NCBI GenBank assembly: GCA_964247055.1 | Contig: OZ176053.1 | Coordinates: 12,648,001-12,712,000 of the forward strand | Origin: Paragordius varius | Lineage: Eukaryota; Animalia; Nematomorpha | Direction: 5' to 3' | Length of the DNA: 64,000 nucleotides | Shown: piece after piece, positions 37,601 to 52,000 of the stretch | Numbering within the stretch: position 1 is the first letter of the stretch | Layout of the letters: every line of letters starts with the position of its first letter | Position numbers and translations under genes: made by a program | Notes under the pieces: generated by a model | Told to the model about the DNA's origin: nothing | Seen by the model: the letters and a program-made list of their open reading frames with translations, nothing else | Databases searched by the model: none

Positions 37601-40600
37601 TGGACTTTGTATAAATTTTCTTGAGTGGCTTGTTTTTCTTTGGGAATTTTAGTATCAAAATATGGAGCCATAATTTCGATGCGAGGACAGAATGAGGGAC
37701 CGATTCGGGCACTTGCCCCCATGCCCTATTTTATTTAAGATGAGACCAATATAAGCAAAATTGTCAAAAAATGATGGTAAAATATGAACTAATACTAATT
37801 ATTTTGTCAATATCTAAATGTTATATCTTATAATATCAAAACCTTAATATATGACATTTTTTAACATAAGCGCTTTTTAATTAAGTATTGAAGATATACC
37901 TAAAGGTTAGATTATTATATTAAATCGATAAACCGAATCCTTTTAAACTCGAAAAAAACTCGAAATATGAAAAAAGTAAAATCAGAAGTAAAACAAAATG
38001 AGCAACTTTTATGCCATTAATGAGGTAATCCTGACGACAATCGGCACTTGTATCGTGAGTACAGACAGCTTTCCTCGCACACCAATGACATGCAACTTGA
38101 CCAAAGGCCAGATTGGTCCGGCCTCCCCCTAGGTTAGCGGAATCGAAATCAAAGGAAACGCATTCAACGCACGATTTGATGGCCCGACAATTAAAGACGG
38201 GAATGTGAGTTTTAGCAATCATGGTCCAACTTGGTTTTCTTCTCTCCTCTTTGAGATTCTTCGCCTCCCCATTAAAGATAAATGATTTGGGTGTACCAAG
38301 TGGTGTCTGATAATCGATGGCTAAACCTAGTTAGTTAAGTTAAATACAATAAAAAACTATGGAGAAAAAACATAAAAAAAAGGTGTAAAAGAGCATACAT
38401 TTTACAAAGAAAACCATATTTTAAAACTTTTTTACCAGAACATCTATCGTTTTAGGTTATGAGTATAAGAGATAGAGAGATGTATAGTAACGCTAAATTT
38501 TATACTTGACTACCAAATTTATGTTATCTTGAAAAATATCAAAAAATGTTTTTTTCTATAAATTTTTTTACTATAATTTAAAAAATTATAAATGCGTGTA
38601 CCAATATCAAGAGTAAAAACGGGTGAATCCAAAGAATTTCCATTCCATGATTTATCATGGTGGTGACCGAAAAGGTTGAATGAAGAAAATGTTTGATGAT
38701 GGCCATCATTTTCACCCATACTTAAAGAGAGAGAGGATGCGGAAGATGCCAGTTTGGATGGACTTGGACAAATAAATGCTTGATTAGGTAGTATATGATC
38801 TAATATAATCAATATTTTATATGCCAGTAAAATTGACCATATCATAAATTTCGAGATATATTTAAGCCAAAATAATCATATTGTGGAAAATTTTGTCAAT
38901 CGTAAAATTTTTTAAGTCCCGAGACCTGGCTAATACGATGCTAAACGATAAATGATGTTTGGACAGAGAAATAAACTGGGTTAACGCAAAGTTATAATAT
39001 AGTGCAGAAAAAACATTATCCAAGGTTAAATATATAAAGTGGGGATGGTAACATAAAACATTGGTCAAATTTTAAGACGGTCAGATACAACAGTTATTTT
39101 ATTTACAGTAACCGATCGCTTATCCTCTACATATGGCACAACTTCGCATCAGAACCCTTTTATCTGAAAAAAAAATAAAAAGTGAATTATCAAGGCATTT
39201 AATTCATAATAATTAAATCGGACATTTTTAATGTAAATTTAAGAGCAAGCATATTTTTTATAAGTTTTTTTATTCTAATAAGCGCTTATGGGATGGTCAT
39301 AGGAGAAAATGCTCCATTTACATTACAACAAATATAGGAAGATGATGCTTTAAAAGTTTACCATCCGTTCGCGTGTAAAAGTTTGAAGTAATGGAGGACT
39401 GTTCTTTCCTGATATGGACACCAGGAGGGAAATTGGTTAAATTAGCCACAGCTAAAATGTGTGGAGTTAAGGGCAGGGCAAGGGAATCGCGTGATGGATC
39501 AACCTCGCGATATTCCGATTGCCCGCTTTCCCAATGCGGTCTGGACCATAGTTGGAAAACACAAAAATACTTGGTCGGCCTTGGCTGAGGAAATGTTTGA
39601 TGGCTCATAGGTATGTGATTTAGAATAAAGCGAATCTACATTATGACATAAATTGTTTACAATTAAAAAAAAATTATCATCTATACAATTTACAGTTCAA
39701 ATTCACCCTTGAACAATTCAAATTCCTCGATCAATTCAAATTCACCTTTGAACAATTCAAATTCACCCTAAAAATAAGTTATGTGTTTTCAAACTAATAT
39801 AACTCATTATTAATATGAAATATATGTTTATGGTATAGTTTATTTTTTTTCAGTATTATTTTAATTTAAAACAAAATTTTCATTTTTGAAAAATATATAT
39901 ATAGGTAATTTTTAATCTTAAAAAACATATATTTTATTTGATGAATTTGAATTGTTCGAGGGTGAATTCGCAAGGGTGAATTTGAATTGTTTAAGGGTGA
40001 AATTGAATTGTTAATCATCTATAAAAAGTAAAATGTTTTTTGGGATATAAAATTCATATTTTTTCACCTTAATTAGTTTTTATATCATTTAAGTTGCGAA
40101 ATCAATAATACAAAAGTATTTTGGTAGCTCACTCATTTTAATTACAATAAGTTATGGATTTTATATAAGTAACAAATGTTAAAACTATATTTTTTTAAAG
40201 ATATATTTTTTATCGACAAATATAAATTACATTTCTCCGTGTGGTTAAATGCATGAGACTAGGACTGAGCCAAACAATGGCAGAACATTCCCCTCGATCG
40301 AAGGTTAACCAATTTTGGTCAAATGGTTTGTTTGCATTGCTTTCAGTTTTGTATGTGTCTCGACACAAACTCATATTAGTACATCTGAAAAATTATAGGT
40401 TTTATAAATGTTTAATGAAACTATTTTCCTTAATATTATATTTTTTAAATAATAAATTTTATTTATACTAGATATCGCGTTTATTACTAAAATAAGTGGA
40501 CGCAAGATTATAAGTATTTAAGCAAAGAGGTTTACATTTTTTCGCCGTTAAGGAAAATTCTCTAATTGACTTGTATTAATATTTTAATCATAGAAACAAT

Positions 40601-43600
40601 GAATCTTTATAAACGAAATAGACCTGTCAATATCATAAATATTTGTCACATTAGAAATGAATAAAATAAACTAAGCACAAGATATGAGAAATTACTAAAA
40701 ATTATTACTTTTGCATTGAATGGCACCATCCACAAAATGGGTTCCTTGAAGCCAGACAACTTTTGCAATCAAAATATTCTTCACAATTATCAAACTGAAC
40801 TTTCAAAATCTATACATACAATAACAATAAATTCATGTGTAAAAAATATGTTAAAATGCCTATATATATAATTCAATAATATAATGAAATATTAGCAAAA
40901 ATTTTAACAAAAATTTTATAAACATTTTATTTCAATTAAGCCGCTAATTTTCGCATTACAAAAAAAGACCTTAAGTCAATAAAATAAAGAACCCGGCTGG
41001 TCCTTATAAAATGTCCATAATGGTATTGTGAGATCTTTAACTTATTTTCAGTAAAAACCAAAAATTCTTACCAACGTATTGATTGTGTAAGGGTTAAAAA
41101 CAATATCCATATAGTTTTATCAAACTGCTTTAACACCATATATATATATATATATACAGAAACCAATATAGATATTTTTTAATCAATATATGTCATTGCA
41201 AAAAATGTAAACGATATTGGTAGGCAGAAATATTCTGTTTGGTTTAAATAATAAAAATTAATGGTAAAGTTTTAAATTATTTTAACTACACGTATTGTGT
41301 AACACCTAAAAACTATTTAAACAATGTTTTCGCTCAAAATTATTGTCCCAACATATAAGCAAAAAAACTGTTTTTAAGGTATATTAATAATACAAAAAAA
41401 TTTAAACATTGATCCTGTTATTTATGAGGGTAAAAACAGCACGAATATATAAAATATTTAGGGAGGACATATTTCATATGATAACCATTGCTAAATATTT
41501 TTTTGTACTAATATTTTGACAGAAACAGGTTTAATTTCGTGTTTTATTGTAAAAATACATTTGTTAAAGGTATAAATATATATATCAATAATTATTAACA
41601 CATAAAGAAAAGTATATAAAGATTTAGCATTTATCTAAATCACCTTTCTTCCATATATAATACACATAATAATTAAAAAAATAATTTTTGCTAATACCTT
41701 TGTATTTAACACACATGGTTCGTTATTAATACAAATGATAAGATATTTATGTAATCAGGCCTATTTTATAATTGCTTCATAACTAAAGGGCAAGCTATCT
41801 AACTTGCATTTCTCACACACACATTCTTAGCAATTTTTATAAATATAAAACAACAAACATTTTTTTTCCTATGGTGACCCATTTCAAGTGGTTTTATCGA
41901 CAAACACCTTTACAACCAAAACACAGGAATTTAACATTGAAATGTGTTTATTAACAATAATTTTGTCGTACATCTTTATGCTACTATAAAAATACTATTA
42001 TAACGCTTTAACAAAGGTTATTTTTATATGTGTAATGTTTAATAACCATGTGTGGCATTAAATAGTAAAAAAAGTGTATGTAGTAATATGCAAATCAAAA
42101 TAAAATAGTATCAAATTTACTAAATAAATAGTTAGTACACACACACACGCACATTGTTACATAATGGTAAGGTGAGACACAGGTAAAGAATGTTTGGTAT
42201 GATATAATATATATACACGGAAAAATATTGGTTCTAACCTCTTTCTGTGTTGTGACAAAGAGAGTGGCTGAATCTTGTTGATTTTCGGCCACAATAAGAG
42301 GCGGTAAAATGGGGTTATTAAAGCCACTTGTTGTTTTATGATTAAAAGCTGCAAAGGTTTGCCGTAAAAGTGAGTCTGGAAGAGCCGACCAAATCCCAAA
42401 CAAATATGCAGTCGAAGCATTAAACAATTCAAGGGCTAAAACTGTAGCGTCATGTGATAAACCCGCAAACAAAATGGTGTGATCTCTAACCCGAGAACCG
42501 GCAAGGGTGGTCATTCTAATCCCAGGCAGCAATTCAAATTGGTGGGAAAGCGCTTTTTTATCTGGTATCCGTCGTCCAATTCGTTTAAGAAGTATTATTT
42601 GTGTTGCAGATTCGCTCTCCTTCTTTGAATGCGAATCTTGGTGTAAAGCATCTCGAAAGGCATCAGACAAGAGAATGCGTAATGATTGTGACTTGATGAC
42701 TCCCCCTTCCTACGGTACAAAAAAAGTACAAATTATAATGAGATTAAATAAAATTTAAGCCATACACCAGACAAATAATAATAGTTGTTATAAAATTAAT
42801 AATCGTTTTAACAACTAAGTGTGATATTTATAAAAAAGGTATTAATAAATGTGCAAATGTACAATACTGTTTTAACGAATTAGACATACGTTGTTTTTAA
42901 AAGCTTTGGCCACATCAACCAAAGGATAAATGCAAAGATTAGGAGCTGAATATGATAAATTCAAAAGATTCGTCATGAGCGTATTAGAATGATGAAAGTC
43001 ATTAGTGCGTTCATTGAGAGCTTGGTGGAAAAGGGGCCATGGTTCGCTAAATGCTGTGATCAGTATTCGACTTATACCAAGTGCATTAAACAGCAGATGA
43101 CCTGCTGATACAACATGGGAAGCAGTTATAACTGTTGTAGGTGGAGCGGAGATATCATTTGAGTGTGGCGGACCCTGACAAATTATTTGTTGGCTGTCCA
43201 GACCGACTTTATATATGGCTGTTTCTAAGCCAAATCGCATAACAGTCGATTCAATTTCCTATAATAATAGTAAGTTTTTATAAGGTTTTTGATTAATAAC
43301 AAGAAAAGTAACATACTTTATTTAAGGGCAAATCCTTAATCGTGGAAAACGATGATGCGTTTTCTGATATCAAAGCTGTCGTGAGTTGATGTAATATTTT
43401 ATTGTCATAGTGATTGGAAATGAGGTAGGCATAATCCATGTACCCAAATCCATCAACGAACCGAATGTAAGACATGTACGGAGGTTGAGTCAGAGCGGAT
43501 TGACCAGTCAGCGAGCGAAAAGCATAATGAAATGTGCGAGTATTTGGTTCCATAGCATAATGAGCCACAAAGTTGAATGCGACATCACCTTTGACTAATA

Positions 43601-45114
43601 GGAGGGGCACATTTTGAAGTGTGGACTGGTGATGACCCATTCTGTCGGTTTCTTTTTGAGCGTCCGATTTTCGAGGCAACGAAGGAGCCCTTGTAGCTGC
43701 AAGGAATAGACCCTTACCAGCATTCGGTGGCACGAAAAAAGCAAAAACACTTCCGCTAAATTCACTTAACGGTTCTATAAAGTGTTTTGGAACTTTGCCC
43801 TCAAAAACCGTTGTCTGATACTCTGAAACTATATATCCTGCTTGCTTCTTTTTGTTCTTTAGGGCATTTGTTGAAGTTGAATGATAATTATTATCATTAT
43901 CATCGTCATATAAGAATGGTTGATTATCAGCAGAAAGAGTCACGTTTCTTATGAAAGACTTAACATGTCGGGTGGAAAGTGTAATTGGATCTCGCAAAAC
44001 GCAAGCCCCCTTAAGCGCAGTTTGACAATCAATGACAACATCGTGCCTTGCATCGTAGAGCAATACTTGATTGTGGCCAAAATAGGCAGAGGCTTCACAT
44101 TGGTGGTGGCTACTTTTGACATTTGATTTTTTATCGATTGGGGAAGAATTGGTGGTGAATTCGTTTGCAGGATTGCTGTATAGGTTAGAGGAAAAAGTAA
44201 CATCATTTAATGATGATGATGGTGAAACATAAATAAGTTGATCCAAATCTGTTTCTGTCGAACATTGCGGTCCAATGTAATATTTTGGACTGGTCCGCAA
44301 AACGAGTTGAGGCTCTAGATTAGAAGCTGATAATCGAAAAAGATGACTTTCCGACGCAACATAGAGTTCATCTAAAAAATTTAAAAGTTAATATCACTTA
44401 TACATTAATTTAAATCTTAACAAACACTACAATATATACAACATAATAATGCTGTAATGCGGCGCACGGTTAATAAAACGTGTTTTATTTTTATATGAAG
44501 CACAAGGTACGTTAGGCAGATTTTTACATTCAACACAAAGAGATTTGCGCGATAAGGCTTACTTATTTTGCTGTTTTTATATATTAAACGATAATTGTTA
44601 AATCAGTCACGAAACTAAACTCAAAGCTAAGAAAAAGACTATAAAATGAAAGAATTTAAATTATTTTTAATTTGCTTTTTACCAAAATTAGTTTTGTTGA
44701 AATTAATAATTATACAATATATTAGTGTTAAATATAATCGATTCCCGTATTGGTTGTTCACCTGCCCATTTACAAATTCTTAAATAATGGTATTTTCCAA
44801 GAATGTGGCAAAAACGCGTATAACCCCATTAACCCTTATGCTTCAGGAAAAGGAAATGGTTTTAAGCTTCGTATAAAACTAAAGTTAGAATATTGACAAA
44901 ACAAACACTTCATCGTGATTAAATATAAATGTTATAATGAATTAACCAAAAAAATATAAATTTTATGTAAGAAATAATTAAATATACTTGAGTATTTATT
45001 TATCGAGCTCCGATAAAATTTTGATCGGTATGGAATTTTAAATTTGGATAAAACATGTTGAGCCTCTATGTCGCATAATGATATAAAAAATAAAATGATA
45101 AATCGGTAAAACAT
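25669..45114 (-). CDS. PlexA: Plexin-A (semaphorin receptor), multi-exon
   Basis: Signal-like N-terminus [18 protein letters not shown]. Sema start [17 protein letters not shown] motifs ([28 protein letters not shown]). IPT repeats. TM segment followed by [28 protein letters not shown] motifs [40 protein letters not shown] (exon ~29849-29704, absent from the ORF track), [45 protein letters not shown]. Some internal exons (38.8-39.3 kb) are unresolved. Confidence 0.95.
26601..26780. mobile_element. Truncated copy of the 39.7-kb MITE
   Basis: Shares ttacaattcaaattcaccc repeats and the following ctaaaaat..atgtgttt..caatatgaaata..catagttta..cagcattat block with 39690-39880. Confidence 0.75.
27085..27230. 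mobile_element. hAT/Charlie-like MITE fragment
   Basis: tgtccaaca..gcgagccgcattt..aaatccggcaggctacatttgcaaaatatatggg matches 48490-48630. Terminus-like caggcgtgtccaacatgcggcc at ~35490 and gcgggctgca/gtagcccgcg at ~27313 and ~51917. Confidence 0.5.
39686..40013. mobile_element. MITE with TIRs made of 21-bp tandem units (ttgaacaattcaaattcaccc)
   Basis: About 4 units at 39692-39770 and about 3 inverted units at 39940-40011. Flanking 10-bp direct repeat atcatctata (39676-39685, 40014-40023) is a possible Mutator/foldback-type TSD. Confidence 0.75.
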
Positions 45115-46299
45115 ACCTTACTTTTTTAAAAAGCATATGAAATCACCACATGGTTTAAAAAGGAATGTATGAACATAACGATAAAACAGTGTTTCATGAT
45201 GCAAAAAAATTTATTATGTCCAAAACTTTAATTGGGTTTAGGAACGAAATCGGCATGGTCTAAATTTTTAAGAAAAAAATGTAAATTAATATTTACCAAA
45301 ATTAAATTTACAATCTAAAAAAATTGGATAATTTTTTCTCCAAACTAAAATGTTTTAAAATTAATTATTTTATTAAAAGCACCCTATAAAATATGTGCTT
45401 TAATCAAATAAATATGTATTACATGGTAAAGGTGTATTTTTTGATTTTACTTTAGGGGCTTGTCTCTGGGTATTAAGAAGAATATTAGTTAGTCTATTTT
45501 TATGGTGAACTTATAACTCTTTGTTTTGGAACAATTTATAGAGTTGATAACACCAAATATTTTACTGCTAATTGCATTTTAAAATTATTAAATATATTTT
45601 TATAATAATATATTTAAAATGTCATAAGTCAATTCACAACAGGAGACAAATATAAATGACAATTTTATACATTTTTTTTAATAAAACCTATATTAAAAAA
45701 ATATCTGATATACATTATATACATATATATATATATATATTATAATATAAATTTGTTTTAATTTTAATTTTAATATGTAGGATCCGTAAGTCCCAAATTT
45801 TTTTGCTACGGAAAAATGCCGATTGCTCGATTAAACAATTAACATGCTAAATTTAGACATGAAATTCCAAATATTTACTAAAAATTTAAATTTTAGTAAA
45901 ATTTGGACAAACGGTATTTTACATTTTGTATTTCTAGGTATAGTATAAACGGTACAAAACATTTTTTGCATAAAAAATACCTCAGAATTTAGAATGATTA
46001 TTAGATCGTCTTTAACAACATTTGAAATAGAAAAGCTGTTTTATTATCTTAAATCTTTTTTATATCCATTTTCCTCCAACTTGATCCATCATTATTAAAC
46101 AAGCTGTTTGTTGTAATAATGTCCAGCTCCAGATTTGGTATTCTAGATGTTATAAAACTGTATAAAAGAGTAGTTTATTTACAGGTTAAATTATAGGGTA
46201 TCCTACCCTAAATGGTATAGTGGTAATCGTTTTGGGTGCATTAAAGATAAAGATGTAACATAATAACACGCTTATATATATATATATATATATATTGCG

Positions 46300-47277
46300 A
46301 ATTGTAATCATTTAGATACAACAAACAATGTTAAAATTAATGGACAATGTCCATCTTCTACACATTTGCCCATCTCTCAGGTAATATATGAACAGGCTAG
46401 AAAAAATGGTTTCTTTAGCACCATGAAGTGAGCCTATCTTATTTAATGCTGCTCTGCGAGCGAATACCTCATTGATGCAAAGAAGGCAAAGAAGTGATAA
46501 GATGGCGCCAAGGCAGGAGAGTACAGCGAGTGAGGAAAAATTTCCAATCGAAGTGATATTATGGTTTCACTGATTTTGTTATGTGCATTATTATTCATCA
46601 AAATTCCATCATGTTTCTGGCCTATTCCGGTTGTTTTTCGCTAAATAGGGTTTAATTTAAGTATTTTTTGGATTATAGTTGACCGGCTTAAAAGTAAATA
46701 CAAAATATGAGCCTGCTTACCCCAGGTACAAAGCATGATCTTCTTGCCCTAGCGATTTTGCCTGTTGTTGAACTGTCTAACTGGAAGCCACAATTTTTTG
46801 CATCCTATTCGCAAAAAGCCTGTACATATCACCAGTCTCATTTTTGAAATGATTTCTTTTCATGAGGTTAAAGCAGTATATCCCCACTTTGTGATGTTCA
46901 GATTCTATCAAATTATATGAGCCCATTTGACAAGTTTATTAGTTATTCCCATTGCCGTAGACGTTTAGTTTGTTTTTTTACATGTATTTGTTGATTTCCG
47001 TTGAGTTTGGGCATCGAATAATTCTTTTTATCGTCTTTGCCGTTGTGTGGTCTACCAGAGCGCCCTTTTTCTTTCACATTAAAGTCACTGCTTATAAATT
47101 TTTAAAACCATATTTTTCTCATCTTACTTAATCAAAGGAAAATGTCTTGATATGTTTAGACCAGAAAACGATGTAACGGACCTTTTTAATAAAATAAGAT
47201 TTCCGCTGTAAATGTTCATTTTCAGGGAAACGACATGATTTTAATTAACAAAGTGGGACGTTTTTAGAGCCAACTTA
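46300..47277 (-). pseudogene. Decayed mariner transposase/element
   Basis: Minus-strand fragments WF*KFISSDFNVKEKGRSGRP (mariner HTH/linker) and FPHSLYSPALAPSYHFF..SMRYSLAEQH (YSPDLAP motif), with many stops and frameshifts. TIR-like taagttggctctaaaaacgtccc at 47277-47255. 3' boundary approximate. Confidence 0.85.
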
Positions 47278-48489
47278 TGTGTATTTGTCGTTAAAGTCAA
47301 ATAATGGCGTTTGTGTATTTTTGCTGATTTCTTTTTTTAGGTAAACTGTTTGACACTTGTTATAAACATTATATAATTGATTATATTTAACTTCTGATAA
47401 ATTAAATTTTATAAATATTACTCGAGGTCTTGTGCCAAATATGATAAAAGTTAGTGAGCCCAACGTTTTTATGATTTTTTAATATTGTAGCGGAGCTATA
47501 AATTTTGCCCCCCCCCCCCCCCCAAAAAAAAAACATTTATATACTGTATATTTTTTGTTTGGTCATGCCGTGAGTTTTAACAAAAGCGTGGCCAATTTGT
47601 ACGCCTGTGGCACTACTTATTCTTAAAAAAAAATTTATTTAAAAATAATATTTGCCTGTCTTGGCATCCTGAGCTAAAATTATGCATTCCCAGTATTTTT
47701 AATTATAAGAATTAGTACCAACCCGCCTACCCTAACCACCGCCGATCCCTTATTCTTAAAGCGTCTACTTTTAATATTTAAAAATAATGAAATAAATTTT
47801 TTTCTAAGATAATTAAAAAAATTGAGCAATTCATCGTTGTATGAGTCAATGGCGGATAAATGGACGAAAAAGATCCAATCGAGAAATGATTTAAATATGA
47901 TTTTTGATTGAACCAATAGAGCAAGGCAGAGTTTTGTATATTAATCAGAATAATGTTTTAAAATTCTGTTTTCTTGATTTTGCGTAAGCAAATTTTCTAA
48001 TTATATTTTTATCCATTTGATCCGCCATTTCTGCTTTAATTTCTAGTAATAAATTGCGCAACCTTTTATCAGTTATCATGCTTCTAATATAATTTTTGAT
48101 TATCTTAAATTTTATAAATGACGTTCGGCTGTAGCAACCCTAATTGTCAAAGACAAAAGCAATAATAATGATGTTATAACTACATTACAACTAGCTGAAA
48201 CTGTTGGCTATATGGTAATTAATAGCTTTGTTAATTACCTAGCATAGTTGATTTAAGCGACCTAATCCTTAAATTAAAATTCGGCACTATTTAAATCGGA
48301 GATTCGCATAAATCGTTGGGATCCTTAATAATTAATTTTTTGGCTGAATTGCTAATTTCTACTTCACTCATTTTAGTTAATTTTGATGGTAGCAGAAATA
48401 AAAACATATTCGCTATACGTTATAAAAACCGCTAAATCTGTTATTTAATCGAAATACAATATTATTATTGGAAACATTCACTCTCAAAC

Positions 48490-48630
48490 AGGAATGTTCA
48501 ACAAAAATGGCGGGCCGCATTTTTGCATGAAGAAATCCGACAGGTCGCATCTGTAAAATATATGGGCTTAAATTAATACTTTATTAGATATTAAACATAA
48601 GACTACAAAAACCCTTTTCCTTAATCGGAA
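48490..48630. mobile_element. hAT/Charlie-like MITE fragment (second copy)
   Basis: Colinear with 27085-27230 (gggccgcattt..aaatccgacaggtcgcatctgtaaaatatatggg). Confidence 0.5.
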
Positions 48631-49028
48631 AATTTGAAATTTAATTTTACTGGAATCCCTTAAAATTTTGTGCTTGAAATCCTTCTAGCTCCCAGTTTCG
48701 CCACTGATTGTAGCTTAATTGAGTGTTTTAACTTTTTGGGCGTTTTACTTCGTGCCTTATAAAATATAGGCAATATTGATGATGATATTTATTTTACCAT
48801 GAAATTTTTCGATGCAGCGAGTAATCAAACTGTTAATACCATTTTCCATATTTTTACTGTAATAGTTTGGTCTATCCCTAGCTAATTTTTTTTTCAAACA
48901 ATCCATTTTATGTATATTTATTCATTCGTAAATCCGTAGAACATAAACCACTTTTTTGATTAGCTTTAGGTTAACCCTAAAACACCCAAAAATTTGTTAC
49001 ATATGCTAGCCAATAATTAATAAAAAAT

Positions 49029-49030
<2 letters not shown>

Positions 49031-49077
<47 letters not shown>
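49031..49077. repeat. (AT)n microsatellite
   Basis: 47-nt perfect AT run. Confidence 0.97.
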
Positions 49078-49079
<2 letters not shown>

Positions 49080-52000
49080 CATAGGCCAATCGGCAAAACA
49101 AGAGTCAAAACACAAATAGGGAAATTACAATATTTTTATCTGACAATATTAAAGTTTATTTAATTATGGACAAAATTTGTTTTATATCATACGCTACTGT
49201 ATTACCAATCGGCCAAGAATAATATGAATTGGCCAACATTAATTTACATACTGTAAAATAAAAATCGATTTGAAAAATAATACTCACGGATTCAGATATT
49301 ATTTTATTACAATTAAACCAATCGCCTGACATATATTTAATCTGCTGTAAATGCTTATAATTAATTTTTTTAAATTTGTGTTAAATTTTAACATTCGTTT
49401 ACTCTTTGGTTATTGCGCATTATTAATTAAAATAATTTATTTGAGGTATATAAAATATTAATTAAATGATTTATATATTAAGTAGTTGTTAAATTTTATA
49501 GGCTTGTCAAAAGCCGAAAAATGAAATCGTCTTTCATGATAATAAATTCTGTGGTATGTAAGCGAAAGCTATGCTATTTATTTATATATCCAATCAATAA
49601 TATTGATTATGCTATCTATATATTTTATTTGTGACATAATTGACAGAAATAATTAAAATCTTTTTTGTGAAAACTCACAACCAATTTTTACTTTACTTTT
49701 TTATGCATAATAATTTATTTTGTAGTTAATATTAATGTTACCATATTTTTATGTTGCAATAAAAGTCTCCTGAGATTTGAGGGATTGCCATTTTATCAAT
49801 ATTTTTACAAAAAATCTCCATAACATAACACAAAAACAAAAAAATTTTGATTTCATATTTTTACATTTTTACAATATCTTCCATATTTTTATGTATGCTC
49901 ATTATTATGTGGCATATGGAGGGAATAATTTAAATTCAGGGCACATTGAATTTCTTTGACTACTTTTATATAATAACTTTAAATTGGATTTCACGATAGG
50001 GGTATCAAAAAAGTTTATTCTCAAATGCATATTTAAATTTTATATGCACCAATATTATATATATTTAGGAATTGGTCATTTTTGGTCCCAGGCCAGTTAA
50101 TGTAAATTAAAATCGTTTTTTTTTCATATGTAAAACATGATATATTGTTGAAAGGAGTCATTATCGTTTTTTGTTGTTGTAAAACATTTGTAAAGGAAAT
50201 AAAGTGGGGATGGATACAGCACTGAATATTAAATAATTGTAATTTAATTAGAGGATCAATGTTGAAAACAATTTAGGACACACAACAAACAACAATGTCC
50301 TTTCCTTCTCACATTCTTTCGAGAGTTTGTGTGAACTCAAAAGCATGTAGCAGCCAAGCAACAGGGATCTAAAGAGGTGTTGTTAACATAATCTATGTTT
50401 TTTGCCTACAAAAATAATCAGACGTTTTCTAGAATTCTGGTCTGTTTGCAGGCTTTTTTGTGATTCAAAATAATAAAAGAGAGATATTTTTACAACAAAA
50501 AATTGATAAAGACAAAGGTTTTGATGTCGCTACGATATTTTTCTGTTAATCCCCAGCTCTGGAGAGGTGAAAAGAGCGCCCATATGCCCTTTTAAGTAAA
50601 CATTTCACAGATATAGTAAACGGAAGTACCCATTTAGTTTACATTGCTGATACATTATAGTAATTACATAATGGCTAAAATGGTGTCATATTTCAAACAA
50701 GGATTCCATTAAAACAAACTTTAAACAAATATAAACATAAAAAATGGTATATTTAATGCAGAATGCAAAAATTATAGGAAATTATTTTTTTATATCTTGA
50801 TATTTTAATAGCATTGGATGTACCATTACGCTGCTAACTACCAGATTAACACTCCAGATATAGGATTATTTTTTCCAAATTAAATTAGTAAACCTAATTA
50901 TTATTCTTATTTATTAGGATATTTGAATTAAATTATGTTTAGAGGCAGATTAGTTCCAATACACTAATACAATAAATTATTAATTTAGAGCCAGATAATA
51001 AGAGATTCTTAAATCAGAACGCCTCTATTCCTAACTAATTGATGTTATTGGTTAGTTTGTGTAAAAGAGCAAAAATTAAAAATTGGGTCGAACCAATTGA
51101 CTTAAATAACCGGAAAATTTTATAAACCTATTTGTAAGATACATAAAAACAGTATTAATTAATAACCTTTTAGTACATTTGCACAAATTTTTGTTGATTG
51201 CGATCAATTTTTTAAACCTGATTAAGATAATTTTTATAAATGGTTGTGTTATATTTAATTTAGTATTTGTATATCATCAACCATGCGGTGATGATTAAAA
51301 TATAATTTAAGGTAAAAACTATTTAAATTTTGTCAGGATCTCAAGATGCTTTTAGTTTTGAGACCAGGAGTGATTAAAGAATTATTAACTTTTTTGGAAA
51401 TAACCCCGTATCGAACGTTTACAAGCGCAAATTATGATAATATTTTTTGTGGTGTAAAAAAATTTAATATCTTTTTCTATTAAAATATCAATATTAAATT
51501 TTATTTTGAAAGTGAACTCAGAAGTCTCACATTTTTAGATTGAGCTATGGATCTTTCTATCAAATTAAACGCAAAGGACTGGAATATAATGTAAGCTTTA
51601 CTATGAATAGAGAATTTAATTATGCGAAGACTAGCCAATTTAGAAAAGGCCATAAAGAAATTCTAAACCTTACGTATAAAAATATAAAACAATTTTTTGT
51701 ATTTTTATATAGTTAAAAATATGTTTTAATTATCTTTTTCAAATAAAGCACAATTTCAAATGTTTTGTTAGCATAATGTCTGTTAATTTTTGATAATTCA
51801 ATATCTAGCCCTTAATATAAAACTTAATTCTTAAATGATCAATACTCAGCGAAAATACAATAAAACTGTTGAAAATCATAATAGGAATAGCAAGCACAGC
51901 CCTCCAAAATATTTTTGTAGCCCGCGAGAAAATCTAAATACAAATTTTAACCTAATTTAACTCTCTTTAAATTTCTTAAACAAGCTTTCCATATTAAACT

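Noticed and set aside
39131-39163. Apparent in-frame TGA (39151-39149) in a plexin exon (IKGF*CEV), suggesting readthrough or a pseudogene
   Set aside because: A phase-1 donor at 39361 and a 33-nt phase 1-1 exon (39163-39131) give an open alternative frame. The exon structure here is unresolved, so no recoding claim is justified.
47508-47523. C16 homopolymer
   Set aside because: Isolated run, probably part of a repeat; length is unreliable in assemblies and no function can be supported.
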